A stretch of DNA of 64,000 nt from the IMG/VR virus record IMGVR_UViG_3300048838_001106, positions 64,001 through 128,000 of that record, one strand, 5' to 3'. A program made the position numbers and the translations under genes. Under the pieces are notes generated by a model. The model was given only the letters and a program-made list of their open reading frames with translations, was not told the DNA's origin and did no database searches. Positions within the stretch are counted from its first letter, which is position 1; the number at the start of each line of letters is the position of its first letter. This document shows, piece after piece, positions 10,043 through 19,800 of this stretch. Origin of the DNA: a virus.

Positions 10043-10427
10043 CATCAAGGATGTTTTTGAGGCGTGGTTTTACAGGAGGGGAGATTTCGATTCGTCCTTC
10101 GTGTTCGGCGTTGGCGGTGAGTTTGCCTTGCACATGCATGGCTGGATAGAGCAGAGGCATCGCGCAAGTATCGAGGCAGACTTTCCTCGGTGCCCAATAA
10201 TCCGGGACAGGACAATTCACAAGGTTGAGATTGTAACTGCACCAGGCAGTCCTCGTGTTGTCATAAACTCAGTGTTTGTAGTCGCGCTATCTGCCCGCCG
10301 AGACACGGTAACGCACAGCAGTCAAAAGATGGTCCTCATGGGTGGAACAGACGAGGTCATACTCCGATTCGAAAGATTGCTTAGCAAACGCGTGGAGGAG
10401 AGAAGGTGCGTCCTATTAAAACAGTAG
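10026..10427 (+). CDS. Hypothetical protein (paralog array A)
   Basis: MYPMLS; C-terminal LRFERLL. Confidence 0.6.
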   Translation: MYPMLSIKDVFEAWFYRRGDFDSSFVFGVGGEFALHMHGWIEQRHRASIEADFPRCPIIRDRTIHKVEIVTAPGSPRVVINSVFVVALSARRDTVTHSSQKMVLMGGTDEVILRFERLLSKRVEERRCVLLKQ

Positions 10428-10963
10428 AGGAATTGAGAGAAGAGGTCGGAACATACCTTGGAGACTTTCTAAGGACAGACATAGGTGCCGCAGAAAGACT
10501 TCACCTGTATGACGCAGCAAACACGCAGGCAATAGCTTTGATGGAGCTGACGGTGAAACACGCTGCGTATTTCGATGGTGTAGCGTGGGAGCAAGCAATT
10601 AGGCGCCGCGTCGAATCTCACAAGTACCATACCAGCGCACAGAGGCACTGGAGGCATGCAAATCTACGCGTTGACGACGAGGGGTGCTGGGAGCTTGTAG
10701 TATCTGAGAGGTGGACAACGTGCATCGCTCCAGAGTACCAGCGCAGCAATTTCGCGGACCTACTGTCACAGGGGGAGGGTGTAATGGTCACCCATCGATA
10801 CACGGAGAACACTGCTGTGTTCGCGTCCTTCGAGCTCCTGTGGAACACCATTCACTTTTTTGCGGAGAACTCACATGCTTCCATTCCCGCTGAACGATAT
10901 GTCAAAGCAGGACTATCTCATCTACATGCCGTACGTGACGGAAATAGTGTGCGACCTGAATGA
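10406..10963 (+). CDS. Hypothetical protein
   Basis: GGAGGAG RBS, 185 aa. Confidence 0.65.
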   Translation: MRPIKTVEELREEVGTYLGDFLRTDIGAAERLHLYDAANTQAIALMELTVKHAAYFDGVAWEQAIRRRVESHKYHTSAQRHWRHANLRVDDEGCWELVVSERWTTCIAPEYQRSNFADLLSQGEGVMVTHRYTENTAVFASFELLWNTIHFFAENSHASIPAERYVKAGLSHLHAVRDGNSVRPE

Positions 10964-11507
10964 CGTCGCCAGCATGCTGTTCGGCAACGGCACTCAGTTG
11001 TGCCTACACTCGGTGTCTCAAGCTCACTGCCCGCAGTTTTTGCCGAAGCAGGAGCCTCCACTGACGCAACGCGAGCGTTGCTTAGAACGATGTGTCTCAA
11101 CGCTGGCGGTGCTGTACAGAGGCGTGCACCCAGGCTGGGCATACCCGAGGTTAGCACCTGCTCAGATAAACCAGTATCTCAGGCTGTACGACAGGCTGGA
11201 GAATGCGTACATCACGATGTCAGGGTTGGAGAACCTGCGAGCCCAGCCATGGCTCTACCGAATACGAATGCTGGGAGCAGCCAACCCTGACAAGCAACGC
11301 ATCGTGGTATCGGAAGCGGCGACTATCAAAATAGAGCCGTGGCCGCTTATGCAGACAGGGCTCGTCCTGACATTGCCAAGGATAGTGCGTCCCAGCACAC
11401 AATCGTTCGAGGTCGGAGGGACGATGCTACGACAGGTCCTGGACAATGGGTACAAGCAGTACCGCCGAGACGTGGCTACGCACGGCAATCATTGGGTAGA
11501 CAACTAG
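10875..11507 (+). CDS. Hypothetical protein
   Basis: GGAG RBS, about 210 aa ORF ending the operon. Confidence 0.6.
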   Translation: MLPFPLNDMSKQDYLIYMPYVTEIVCDLNDVASMLFGNGTQLCLHSVSQAHCPQFLPKQEPPLTQRERCLERCVSTLAVLYRGVHPGWAYPRLAPAQINQYLRLYDRLENAYITMSGLENLRAQPWLYRIRMLGAANPDKQRIVVSEAATIKIEPWPLMQTGLVLTLPRIVRPSTQSFEVGGTMLRQVLDNGYKQYRRDVATHGNHWVDN

Positions 11508-11679
11508 GGGCGGCCGGCGCTCGTTTCAAGGGGAGGTGTAGCCCGTGAGAATCCTGTTGCTGGAGGCGCGGAGTAATGCACGTGGTTTTACGTCGGCGAA
11601 CGGACGATTAGGAACTGTGCGGAGACACCGAATCGTGCCAGCGCTCAAGGTGAGAATAGTGTGACGAATAATTTTCGTA

Positions 11680-12224
11680 TTGGTCAGCTGACCAATAATA
11701 CTATAAGTATGCTTGTATAATTTTGCTTATATTACAATGTAGTACGAAAATTCGAAGTCATTGAAATATAACGATTCATGTGTTTTTGAGTGCAGTATTG
11801 GCAGGTAAGCCGAAATACACATAGGGGTAGTAGTAGAGCGGAGAAGAGAGAAAATAGGGGTAGAGGAGGAGGAGTAATAGAAAGAAGAATATTCAATAAA
11901 TGTCATTTATTACATGTCAATTCTTCTTTACGTCTTCGAATTTTTCTTAGGTTAAAGAACCCCATCCTATCAAAACCCACCCTACATAAGATTTACATAC
12001 CTGAATTGATTTTGATTGTAAATACTGATCAGATGTATAGTGGTGTTGTTTTCAAAGTTCATTCTTCTCTCTATACGTGCCTATGTGTTTTTGGGCTCGG
12101 CGTGTTTTTGGGCTAAAAAAGTACGTGAATCGTTATATTTCAATGACTTCGAATTTTCGTACTACATTGTAATATAAGCAAAATTATACAAGCATACTTA
12201 TAGTATTATTGGTCAGCTGACCAA
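11680..12224. repeat. Perfect 99 bp inverted repeat (11680-11778 and 12126-12224) around a 347 bp spacer; candidate replication origin
   Basis: Arms read base by base as exact reverse complements; each outer end carries the palindrome TTGGTCAGCTGACCAA. Confidence 0.9.
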
Positions 12225-12720
12225 GATGCAAGTTTTTTCATAGCAAATCGGTGTGTTCGACACCGATTGCACTGTGAAATTTTCTCAAAAAAAGAGCCAA
12301 CAAAGTGTATTCCAGGGTGTATTCAAGGCTGTTTTGAGTCGAAAATGGCCTGTACGGAGCGTTAAACGGTGCTCCAGCGGTGCATCTGAAAGTGCTTGTA
12401 CGGCGCTAAACGACGCACTACGTGCAGGTAGACCATGGGCATAAGGTATTATTTTTGCTTTACAGAAGGGGGGTCCGGGGGCCGCACACCCCCTGAGAAA
12501 GCAAAGAAAGACAACGACTTGCGATGCATTGGCTATGAGGACTGGCAGGCAATGCCTGGCGCTGAAGGCGGTGGTTTCGGTGAAATGTCGGTGTGCCGCT
12601 AAGTGCGCGTGTTTTGTGATTTAGTACAACACAACGGCGATGCGTTAAGCGATGGCCTGATTTGTCCGTCATGTGTCGGCGTATTTTGCCTGTTTTTCCA
12701 CAAGACGACATTGAAATCTT

Positions 12721-13053
12721 TTGTATAATTTTGCTTATATTACAATGTAGGTCGAAATTTCAGATGTTGTTGTTTTCATTGTGGAAAAAAAATCACGTCG
12801 CTTCGTTGTATAAGCCTTTTTATAGTGACAGCACCAAAAACAGCCTCAAAAACAGGCGAGAAAATGGCGCCTTTTTGTACGGCGGTTTTAGCCCGAAACA
12901 GGCGGTTTTTGGTCGATTTGACCTGTTTTGACCGGCGACTCGTGGTCAGCAGTTTACAACTGTCGTCGGATTTGTGCCGCCATCGCTGGTGCGCTCGAGA
13001 GTTTACTTATACAATTTTGCTTATATTACAATGTAGGTCGAAATTTCAGATGT
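12721..13053 (+). repeat. 47 bp direct repeat (12721-12767, 13007-13053); first 30 bp shared with the inverted-repeat arm
   Basis: TTGTATAATTTTGCTTATATTACAATGTAG at 11713-11742 and 12721-12750 is identical; the 13007 copy has 2 mismatches. Confidence 0.9.
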
Positions 13054-13203
13054 AGTTGAAACCTAACATGTATTATTTTTGGACGCCCTATTTAGTGGCA
13101 ATTTCGTGCCTTCAGACGCCGAGTTTGCCCCTGTATAGTGGTACAAGGAAGTGACCATTATAAACGCACACATAAAGTGCGCTTTCTAACCGGAGAAATC
13201 AGC

Positions 13204-13611
13204 ATGAGCAACGCTAGCAAAGCAGTTACGATGGAAGTCATCATTCCAATCCGTAATTCAGAGGACAACCTGGTCAATGACGCGCCCGACCTCGATGGCG
13301 ACCTGCCGCTTATGGATGGGTCGTTGTGGCGCGTTCGAATCCGCATCGAAGACGGTGCTGTCCTAAATTGGCCTATTGGCATGACTGCAAAGCTGCACGC
13401 CAAGGTAGTAGACTCCGGCGTGTACAGTCTGCTTGACAAAGACGATGAGGTGCTGAGCACTATCGACCGAGATTATGTTCCACAATGTTTGCAGATCAAC
13501 GATTATGGGTATGGCGATTACGTGTACCTGACCGTCGGCACTGATGGCGTCATCGACCGGTGGCCTTCCGTGGAGGAGATTCTTGAAGACTTCGAAGAGT
13601 GCAGCGACTAA
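13204..13611 (+). CDS. Conserved phage hypothetical protein
   Basis: GGAGA RBS; NWP..KVVDSG.Y..YVP..GYGDY pattern seen in phage proteins. Confidence 0.7.
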   Translation: MSNASKAVTMEVIIPIRNSEDNLVNDAPDLDGDLPLMDGSLWRVRIRIEDGAVLNWPIGMTAKLHAKVVDSGVYSLLDKDDEVLSTIDRDYVPQCLQINDYGYGDYVYLTVGTDGVIDRWPSVEEILEDFEECSD

Positions 13612-14290
13612 ATCTCTTGACAGGCATGTTGAGTATCTACGGCACGAGGCAGCGTTGTACGCGGCTATGCGTCGCTTGGGCCAGACAGACAGGGAGCCTG
13701 ACGACACTTTCAGATTGAACAACGAGCTGCGCCGCGTGTTTGCGTATCCATTGGGCCTGGTTGATGTGCCTCCTGCCAGCCGCCACACCCACTTACCAAG
13801 CGAGCCACTTTGCGGGTATATCATCGAGCTCAAGAACGGACTTACTGAGCATTTCGAGTCCAGGTATTCCCTGGATGAAAAGATACACCAGGAGTATACA
13901 GTCAGCAGACGACTGCCATGTGCGACGGAGAACGAACAGTGGCGAACCACTGACACATTCGAAGCAGACAATCATTACGTCCCGCGATACATGGCTTCTC
14001 GACTCTGGGCAAAGGGAGGAGGTGTTGGTAGGTCGCGCGTACTTGCTGTTGTCAACTACGCTTTTATCAGCATGGCAGGCACTATCGTCATACACTGTGA
14101 CGCATCGCCAGCAGAGATATCCGCGCGAAAAAGCATTCGGTTGATGCTGCTCGGTGGACACACGTATTACACCACCGGCACTGAGTACGCTGCAGGACAG
14201 ATTGAGCCGCATGCAACTATCGCGCACGCAACGCGGCTCAACGTGATGGCTCCTTCAGTACAACGAAACATCAAGGACGAAGATGATTAA
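13544..14290 (+). CDS. Hypothetical protein (start uncertain)
   Basis: 248 aa ORF tiling the operon. Confidence 0.55.
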   Translation: MASSTGGLPWRRFLKTSKSAATKSLDRHVEYLRHEAALYAAMRRLGQTDREPDDTFRLNNELRRVFAYPLGLVDVPPASRHTHLPSEPLCGYIIELKNGLTEHFESRYSLDEKIHQEYTVSRRLPCATENEQWRTTDTFEADNHYVPRYMASRLWAKGGGVGRSRVLAVVNYAFISMAGTIVIHCDASPAEISARKSIRLMLLGGHTYYTTGTEYAAGQIEPHATIAHATRLNVMAPSVQRNIKDEDD

Positions 14291-14735
14291 GCATGCTATC
14301 TACGTCAATAAGGACCGATATCGCGCGTCGTACAAAGACGCATGGATCTACAAACCAGGGTGGATTCGTTTTACTGGCTTTGCTCCAGTCCCTGTTGAAG
14401 AATTGATACCCGGCGGCCATAGACTATTTGGCGTGTACAACTCGTACTATGCCGACCTGTTCGACAAATCAGCAATTGAGTCGCAGCACCACGCCAGGAC
14501 CAGTACTCTGGCGCCGCACATGCTGGTAACCCAGGTTATATTGGCAGGCACGCAAAACAAACTAACACATGTAGAGGTCGTAGCAAGGTGCGATATTCCT
14601 AAGTTTGACGAGGACATCTATTCTATGACTGTTCATTGCGACGTTTATTACGAAGACAGGATAAAGCCAGGCGGCGCCTCCAGGTGGAACTTCAGCCTGT
14701 TTGGTGACGTCATTGACAAGCTGTCGTCGTGGTAG
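14283..14735 (+). CDS. Hypothetical protein (paralog family B)
   Basis: WIRFTGFAPVPVEEL shared with next gene. Confidence 0.65.
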   Translation: MIKHAIYVNKDRYRASYKDAWIYKPGWIRFTGFAPVPVEELIPGGHRLFGVYNSYYADLFDKSAIESQHHARTSTLAPHMLVTQVILAGTQNKLTHVEVVARCDIPKFDEDIYSMTVHCDVYYEDRIKPGGASRWNFSLFGDVIDKLSSW

Positions 14736-15175
14736 CCGCTGCGGGCAAGTCTGAGGCACAAACGCACCGCTTGCGCGTCGTGTCATCTTTGCCGACGACA
14801 ACAAAGTGCGTAGCCGTTCGAACACACTGGGTACTGTTTACTGGCTATGTTCCTGCGTCCGTTGAGCAACTGAAAGGAACAAGCGTCGACATCCCTAACG
14901 GCATATTCAGAATCACCAAGCAAGGGCCTGAAATGCTTGTCATGAACATGTCAGTAGCCTGGGCAAGAGTCAGAAGCAGCCACATAGAAGGACGAGCAGC
15001 AATAGATGTGCTAGCTATGTGTCGCTACCCAAGATGGTTTGATCCGTACCACACAGTGGTAGACACCTCTGTGACTTACAGCACAAACGACTATATCCAT
15101 GACTGGTTTACGGCCAGGCTTTACGGCGAACTAGTCAGCCCAAGAGCTATGTCGTGGAGTAGCGCAGCCACATAA
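14729..15175 (+). CDS. Hypothetical protein (paralog family B)
   Basis: WVLFTGYVPASVEQL. Confidence 0.6.
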   Translation: MVAAAGKSEAQTHRLRVVSSLPTTTKCVAVRTHWVLFTGYVPASVEQLKGTSVDIPNGIFRITKQGPEMLVMNMSVAWARVRSSHIEGRAAIDVLAMCRYPRWFDPYHTVVDTSVTYSTNDYIHDWFTARLYGELVSPRAMSWSSAAT

Positions 15176-15254
15176 AAAAAGGAGTTTCAATGACAAACGC
15201 AATGTCTCGAAACCTGTCTACGACACACCACTACGCAAAGCATGGTAAACCCAC

Positions 15255-15692
15255 ATGAAAACATACTCCGTGCCTACCTGGGCAAGAGCAGACGTTCAGC
15301 CAGATAAGGACAAAGAGAAGCTGGTAGTGCTGCACACACGCTGTGTTATGCCGGGGGCACCCCGCATCAATCTCCTGGAAATCAACAACGCGTATATTCG
15401 TACAAAAGGCACGGTATGGGCTGAGAGCCACGGCGAACTCCCGCTCCGTGTATTGCATTGTGTTTCGGTGCCAGACGCCAATGGCCAGGACGTGTTTCTG
15501 TACGTCAAGGTACAGATCGCAGACGCCCTCGAACATGCAATAGTGCAAGGGCACGTCGGCATTGACGTAGCCTGTTTGTTTAACTTCCCCAAGGCGCACG
15601 CCCCCTTACCCATCAAACTGGTAGCCAGGGACGCATGGTTCCGTCGATTCGCGCGACACGTAGAGGCGAAAGACTGCGCTCCTCTACTTTAG
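15255..15692 (+). CDS. Hypothetical protein
   Basis: 145 aa ORF (may extend upstream to ATG 15190 after GGAG). Confidence 0.55.
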   Translation: MKTYSVPTWARADVQPDKDKEKLVVLHTRCVMPGAPRINLLEINNAYIRTKGTVWAESHGELPLRVLHCVSVPDANGQDVFLYVKVQIADALEHAIVQGHVGIDVACLFNFPKAHAPLPIKLVARDAWFRRFARHVEAKDCAPLL

Positions 15693-15707
15693 CAACAGGA
15701 CTACAAC

Positions 15708-16139
15708 ATGACACCCGATAACAAGCGACTCACCGCAGAGTCTTTCCAGGACGCTCTCTTCGAGACATTCAAGGCTGCGGGTTACGAGCCAAAGAAGTAC
15801 GTGCGCAAAGAGCGACGTCCCATTACACGGCTCAAAGAGAGGCCGCCGTTGTGGATTATCGAAGAGCTGGGCCTCATCCTTGAGATATCCCATGACAGAT
15901 ATCACACGCCTCTCCCAGTAGTGCGTGTCTCAAGGAAGGACACGGACATAGCGATGGTCTGCACCCCTATTCAGAGCCTTGAAGAAGCAGACAATATGGT
16001 CAAGGTCTGCATCCTTGAACATGTGGCAGACAAGCAAAGAGAGTACGAAGCGGCGCTGCGCCAGGGCGTAGATGCCATTACGAAACTGAAACAGCGCGGA
16101 GGAGCAACAGATGAGCGAAAGACAATACCTGGTGCCTAA
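15708..16139 (+). CDS. Hypothetical protein
   Basis: CAGGA RBS. Confidence 0.65.
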   Translation: MTPDNKRLTAESFQDALFETFKAAGYEPKKYVRKERRPITRLKERPPLWIIEELGLILEISHDRYHTPLPVVRVSRKDTDIAMVCTPIQSLEEADNMVKVCILEHVADKQREYEAALRQGVDAITKLKQRGGATDERKTIPGA

Positions 16140-16593
16140 AGTGTGGGAGAACATGCTAGGCATCGCTGCACACTATCAACACATGTGCACGGCAAAGACA
16201 CTTGAGGAGTTCCTTGACGATTATTACCGCGCACGACACATGTTGGCTGCGGCTAAGTTGAACTTCAAGCGCCTGCTAAACAATGACCTCGACAGGTATC
16301 CTGGCAACTACTTTCACTACACACGCAAGGACACAGACGCGTTCATCAACGCCTGCTATCAAGTGCTGCAAGACACCGCAAAGAAGTGGAAACCGGCACC
16401 GCCTGAAGTTGAATACCTGACGTGCCCAGCCTGTGGCGATGATTGCTTCTCCAGACACGGTCACGGAAGTGTCTCGGAAATTGTACAAGTCACCACAGAC
16501 AAGCGCCTTGAGTACCTGGAGTCTGAGGTGTCGCTGAGTACCTGGTACACATGCTCCTGCGGCGAAGAGATGCCTCAAGAGTGGCTGTCGTGA
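16111..16593 (+). CDS. Hypothetical protein with C-terminal Zn-ribbon
   Basis: CPACG...CSCG; GGAGG RBS. Confidence 0.65.
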   Translation: MSERQYLVPKVWENMLGIAAHYQHMCTAKTLEEFLDDYYRARHMLAAAKLNFKRLLNNDLDRYPGNYFHYTRKDTDAFINACYQVLQDTAKKWKPAPPEVEYLTCPACGDDCFSRHGHGSVSEIVQVTTDKRLEYLESEVSLSTWYTCSCGEEMPQEWLS

Positions 16594-17213
16594 GTAATAC
16601 AACACACCGCGCTAAGCCTATTCGTGTGAATCAGCTGTTTAGCCGCTTCGCCAACAGTGCTATTTCGCTGGCGTCGCTGCATCGAGCAGTAATGCCGGAA
16701 GAGAAACCTTACAGCACGGTTTTCGCTGACGGGCTTGGCTTCGCCACGGTATTACCCGTCGTTTTTGTATCGCGTACCGTTCTACTGCCTGAGGACATCG
16801 AAGCAGTTAACGTTTCTGAGGCGACGTACTGCAGACAATACAATGCACGGCCAGCACAGGCACGTGGCGCGGCTAGAGTAACCGGCGCACTGATGATACA
16901 CAGCGACTTGTTTATCCACGCACTGTGCCGCGTCCCTCTTCGGCCTGCTATTACAAACCTTTCTGTCGTGGTGCCACCCCAGACAGCGGCGACTAAGTTC
17001 AAAACACACTTAGATGACGACACCTTGTTTGGAATTCCTGCATTGGTGGAATCCATGCGCTTAAGTGTAGTTTTGCAGCTAAAAGGAGCGGGGCGGCAGC
17101 ACACGCGCGTCGTCTGTGCTGGGCACACACATCTGCGTCCAATGACGTCAGCGTCTCACCAGCATCTGTGGAATTCCTGTGTTATAAGACCACATCTCGG
17201 TGTAACATCGTAG
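16551..17213 (+). CDS. Hypothetical protein (start uncertain)
   Basis: 220 aa ORF tiling. Confidence 0.5.
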   Translation: MLLRRRDASRVAVVSNTTHRAKPIRVNQLFSRFANSAISLASLHRAVMPEEKPYSTVFADGLGFATVLPVVFVSRTVLLPEDIEAVNVSEATYCRQYNARPAQARGAARVTGALMIHSDLFIHALCRVPLRPAITNLSVVVPPQTAATKFKTHLDDDTLFGIPALVESMRLSVVLQLKGAGRQHTRVVCAGHTHLRPMTSASHQHLWNSCVIRPHLGVTS

Positions 17214-17340
17214 CCTTGACGCGCCCATCATGGTTGATACCGGCGCCGAGTGCTTGACGCAGTATCTGAGCACTCTGAGCCCTGCATGGACCACCCATGC
17301 AGGGCTCGTCATTTTTAACATCTGAAATCTGGAGAGGAGC

Positions 17341-17991
17341 ATGGCAGGAGTTGAGAGACTTCATGCGCTGCCAGAATACCCTGGCGTAGCGCGAGATCCG
17401 TACAAAACAACGCGCCCTGGCGTGCAGGGCATCACCTCTGTTTGGTGTCGAGTAGCCGACCCGCCCATATGGGAGCCTCTTGGGCAAGGCATGGAGTACT
17501 TCGGATACCCAGAAAGAGACAGTCAACTCATCCGCGGCAAGTACTATCGAGGCAGCGCCACCGACACGCCGGAATACAATGGACTGTACTTTCCTGTGAT
17601 GTTTGCACGGCAGGTGCGTGAAGGGACACTGCATTTGCAACGATACGTTGCCGCAGCACATGTTTATGCGTCGGACAGATACGTTAGGTCTGTTTTTACG
17701 TACGCAACACTGTCACCGCTGATTAGACGCCGTAATACTAACCACACGTACCACAACATTTTTCTGTACGCGCATGTGCATTTTTACATGCCAGAAGCGC
17801 TGGTAAAGTCTTACACCAACATGCTTGAAATAGCGACGCGACGCGGCGTCAGCAACGAAAATTTCTTGAGAGATTTCTACCTACAGCGACTTACATTGGA
17901 GGTGACGCTGACCAACGAAGACAGGACCAATCCTGTCAAAGTAACGTTTAAGAGCAAGAACAAAAACGTCATTTCACCGACGCATATCTGA
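17341..17991 (+). CDS. Hypothetical protein
   Basis: GGAGAGG RBS, 216 aa. Confidence 0.6.
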   Translation: MAGVERLHALPEYPGVARDPYKTTRPGVQGITSVWCRVADPPIWEPLGQGMEYFGYPERDSQLIRGKYYRGSATDTPEYNGLYFPVMFARQVREGTLHLQRYVAAAHVYASDRYVRSVFTYATLSPLIRRRNTNHTYHNIFLYAHVHFYMPEALVKSYTNMLEIATRRGVSNENFLRDFYLQRLTLEVTLTNEDRTNPVKVTFKSKNKNVISPTHI

Positions 17992-18008
17992 ACAAGGAGA
18001 CGAACCAA

Positions 18009-18296
18009 ATGGCAAGTAACAATCTGGTATCTATTCGAAAGATTCGAGAGTCGAATGTCCGTGCTGACTATTCATCCTATGCAGGACGTGGCTCCTTCGG
18101 CGACAGATGGCCGGCGTTCCATTGCGAAGACCCAACGCAGTTTTTCGCCGATGTACTCGAAGAAGAGTGCCTCGAACAAGAAGAGCTTCTGGCCCTGATG
18201 CGGAAGTGTTCCTGGGATTTCCCAATGCTTTACTGGCGCATCAAGCTCGAAGATCCACAAGACATCGTAACGGACGAAGAAGAAGATGAAGAGTGA
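18009..18296 (+). CDS. Small acidic phage protein
   Basis: AAGGAG RBS; YSSYAGRGSFG motif. Confidence 0.65.
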   Translation: MASNNLVSIRKIRESNVRADYSSYAGRGSFGDRWPAFHCEDPTQFFADVLEEECLEQEELLALMRKCSWDFPMLYWRIKLEDPQDIVTDEEEDEE

Positions 18297-18876
18297 GGTA
18301 GTTCACATACCACACTACTCAAACGGGTCAGATGACTATTTCTTTGTAGCGCGTCCAGAGATATCCACCTTGGACTTCTCACTGCTGCTTGACCGCGCAC
18401 TTGCTGCGCGGCTGCCAGACACAGAAAAGCGTTTGATGACAGACACTGTGATAAGCAGGACAATCAGGCGTGTAGACCGATGCGTCACCACGGCTCTTAT
18501 CAGCTACAACATCTGGGTAGACGACGAGTCGACCGCGTTTCTTGAAGAATACAAAGGAGCACTGGTCGTCGAAGATTGCTATGGTGCGGTGGCATTACAC
18601 GTTCGACCGGTCTACACGGTATGGAACCCAACTCGTCGACGCATGAATGTCTTTGCGTGGATGGAACTGTGCCCAACAGAAGACAACGCAAGCGCGTATT
18701 CCAACTATTTGTCCATGCATTCCACAGTGCACAACCTCAGACCTAGCTTTGTGTCATGGTATGTGCGCTGCCTACTCCTAAAAACAAGAGTGACAAACCC
18801 GGCTAGCGGTGCGTATCAGATTCTGATACTCCACAACGCGCACCTGGTTAAGCCATTCACAGCGAAGCCCGCGTAG
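18286..18876 (+). CDS. Hypothetical protein
   Basis: 196 aa ORF. Confidence 0.55.
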   Translation: MKSEVVHIPHYSNGSDDYFFVARPEISTLDFSLLLDRALAARLPDTEKRLMTDTVISRTIRRVDRCVTTALISYNIWVDDESTAFLEEYKGALVVEDCYGAVALHVRPVYTVWNPTRRRMNVFAWMELCPTEDNASAYSNYLSMHSTVHNLRPSFVSWYVRCLLLKTRVTNPASGAYQILILHNAHLVKPFTAKPA

Positions 18877-18951
18877 CACGTGTCTTTTTAGGCCAGAATG
18901 CAACGCATTGTGGTAGAAGATAGCGACCCAACACAAACAGGAGGATTTAAG

Positions 18952-19800
18952 ATGCCAGTTCTAAAAGACGGCAACCGGGTGTATTTCTACTTCCCATACA
19001 ATGATGAGCTCAAGAATGCGCTCAAAGACTATGGAGCAAAGTGGGACAAGGAAGCCAAGGGGTGGTGGACCACCGAGCGAAACAAGAACTATGAGAAGAT
19101 GTGCGAGGCGTACCAGCAACACGCAGGCTGGACAGAGAATGTTGTAACGTTCGACTTTGAGTACGGCTTGCTGACTGCTGACGGGCGAAACAATGTGACC
19201 GACGTCATCAAAGAGCTGGGCGCTCAGTGGTGTAACAGACACCGCGCGTGGATTGTACCTGAAGCGCACGAGAACCTGGAGAAGATACGAAGTATCTTAG
19301 TCGAGGCCAAAGAGCAGGACGTCGTCAGGAATGAGCAAAACCGCGCTAAGAATACAGAGCTCGACAGACGCAAAAAAGAAGTAGGGCCACTGAGCTGGAG
19401 CGGCAAAATCCCGAACCACATTGTAGCAGCGCTAAAAGAAAGCGACGGCATGTTCGACGGCAGACAATGGTTCATGCCGGACATGGCCAGCAGAGAACAC
19501 GCCGAAAGACAGCTCTGGGACTGGGACCAGGAGAAGCGAGACGAGAAAGCGGAGAAATGGGCTGACTGCCACAAGATCACCGTCTGGACTCAGTGGAAGA
19601 ACGAGTGCAAGTACACAGTCGGAATGGTCGTGACTGTTAGGGACATCGACAAACTACCTGGGTGTGTCACGGGCGACAAAGTACGCGTTGTACACATCGA
19701 CAGACAGTTCACGCGTGACGGCATGTCATTCGGCGCACCGAACGGCATGGACGACGCATGGCTACACACCGTTTACCTTAGAAAGGAGCAGGACACATGA
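18952..19800 (+). CDS. Protein with three K..GA.W......W repeats (DUF5710/HARP-like)
   Basis: FPYNDELKNALKDYGAKWD..KGWW; KELGAQW..HRAW; KESDGMFDGRQW; AGGAGG RBS. Confidence 0.65.
   Translation: MPVLKDGNRVYFYFPYNDELKNALKDYGAKWDKEAKGWWTTERNKNYEKMCEAYQQHAGWTENVVTFDFEYGLLTADGRNNVTDVIKELGAQWCNRHRAWIVPEAHENLEKIRSILVEAKEQDVVRNEQNRAKNTELDRRKKEVGPLSWSGKIPNHIVAALKESDGMFDGRQWFMPDMASREHAERQLWDWDQEKRDEKAEKWADCHKITVWTQWKNECKYTVGMVVTVRDIDKLPGCVTGDKVRVVHIDRQFTRDGMSFGAPNGMDDAWLHTVYLRKEQDT

Noticed and set aside
12242-12495. Possible structured ncRNA (hairpin AATCGGTGT/ACACCGATT and a G/C-run element at 12466-12494)
   Set aside because: Only isolated hairpins; no recognisable family or covariation evidence from one sequence
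11680-13053. CRISPR array or insertion sequence
   Set aside because: Repeats are not regularly spaced by 30-40 bp spacers, one is inverted, and no cas gene, transposase or target-site duplication is evident
11790-13055. ORFs predicted inside the repeat island (11790, 12253, 12460, 12662, 12825)
   Set aside because: They lack an RBS, have low-complexity AT-rich translations and overlap regulatory repeats; probably spurious
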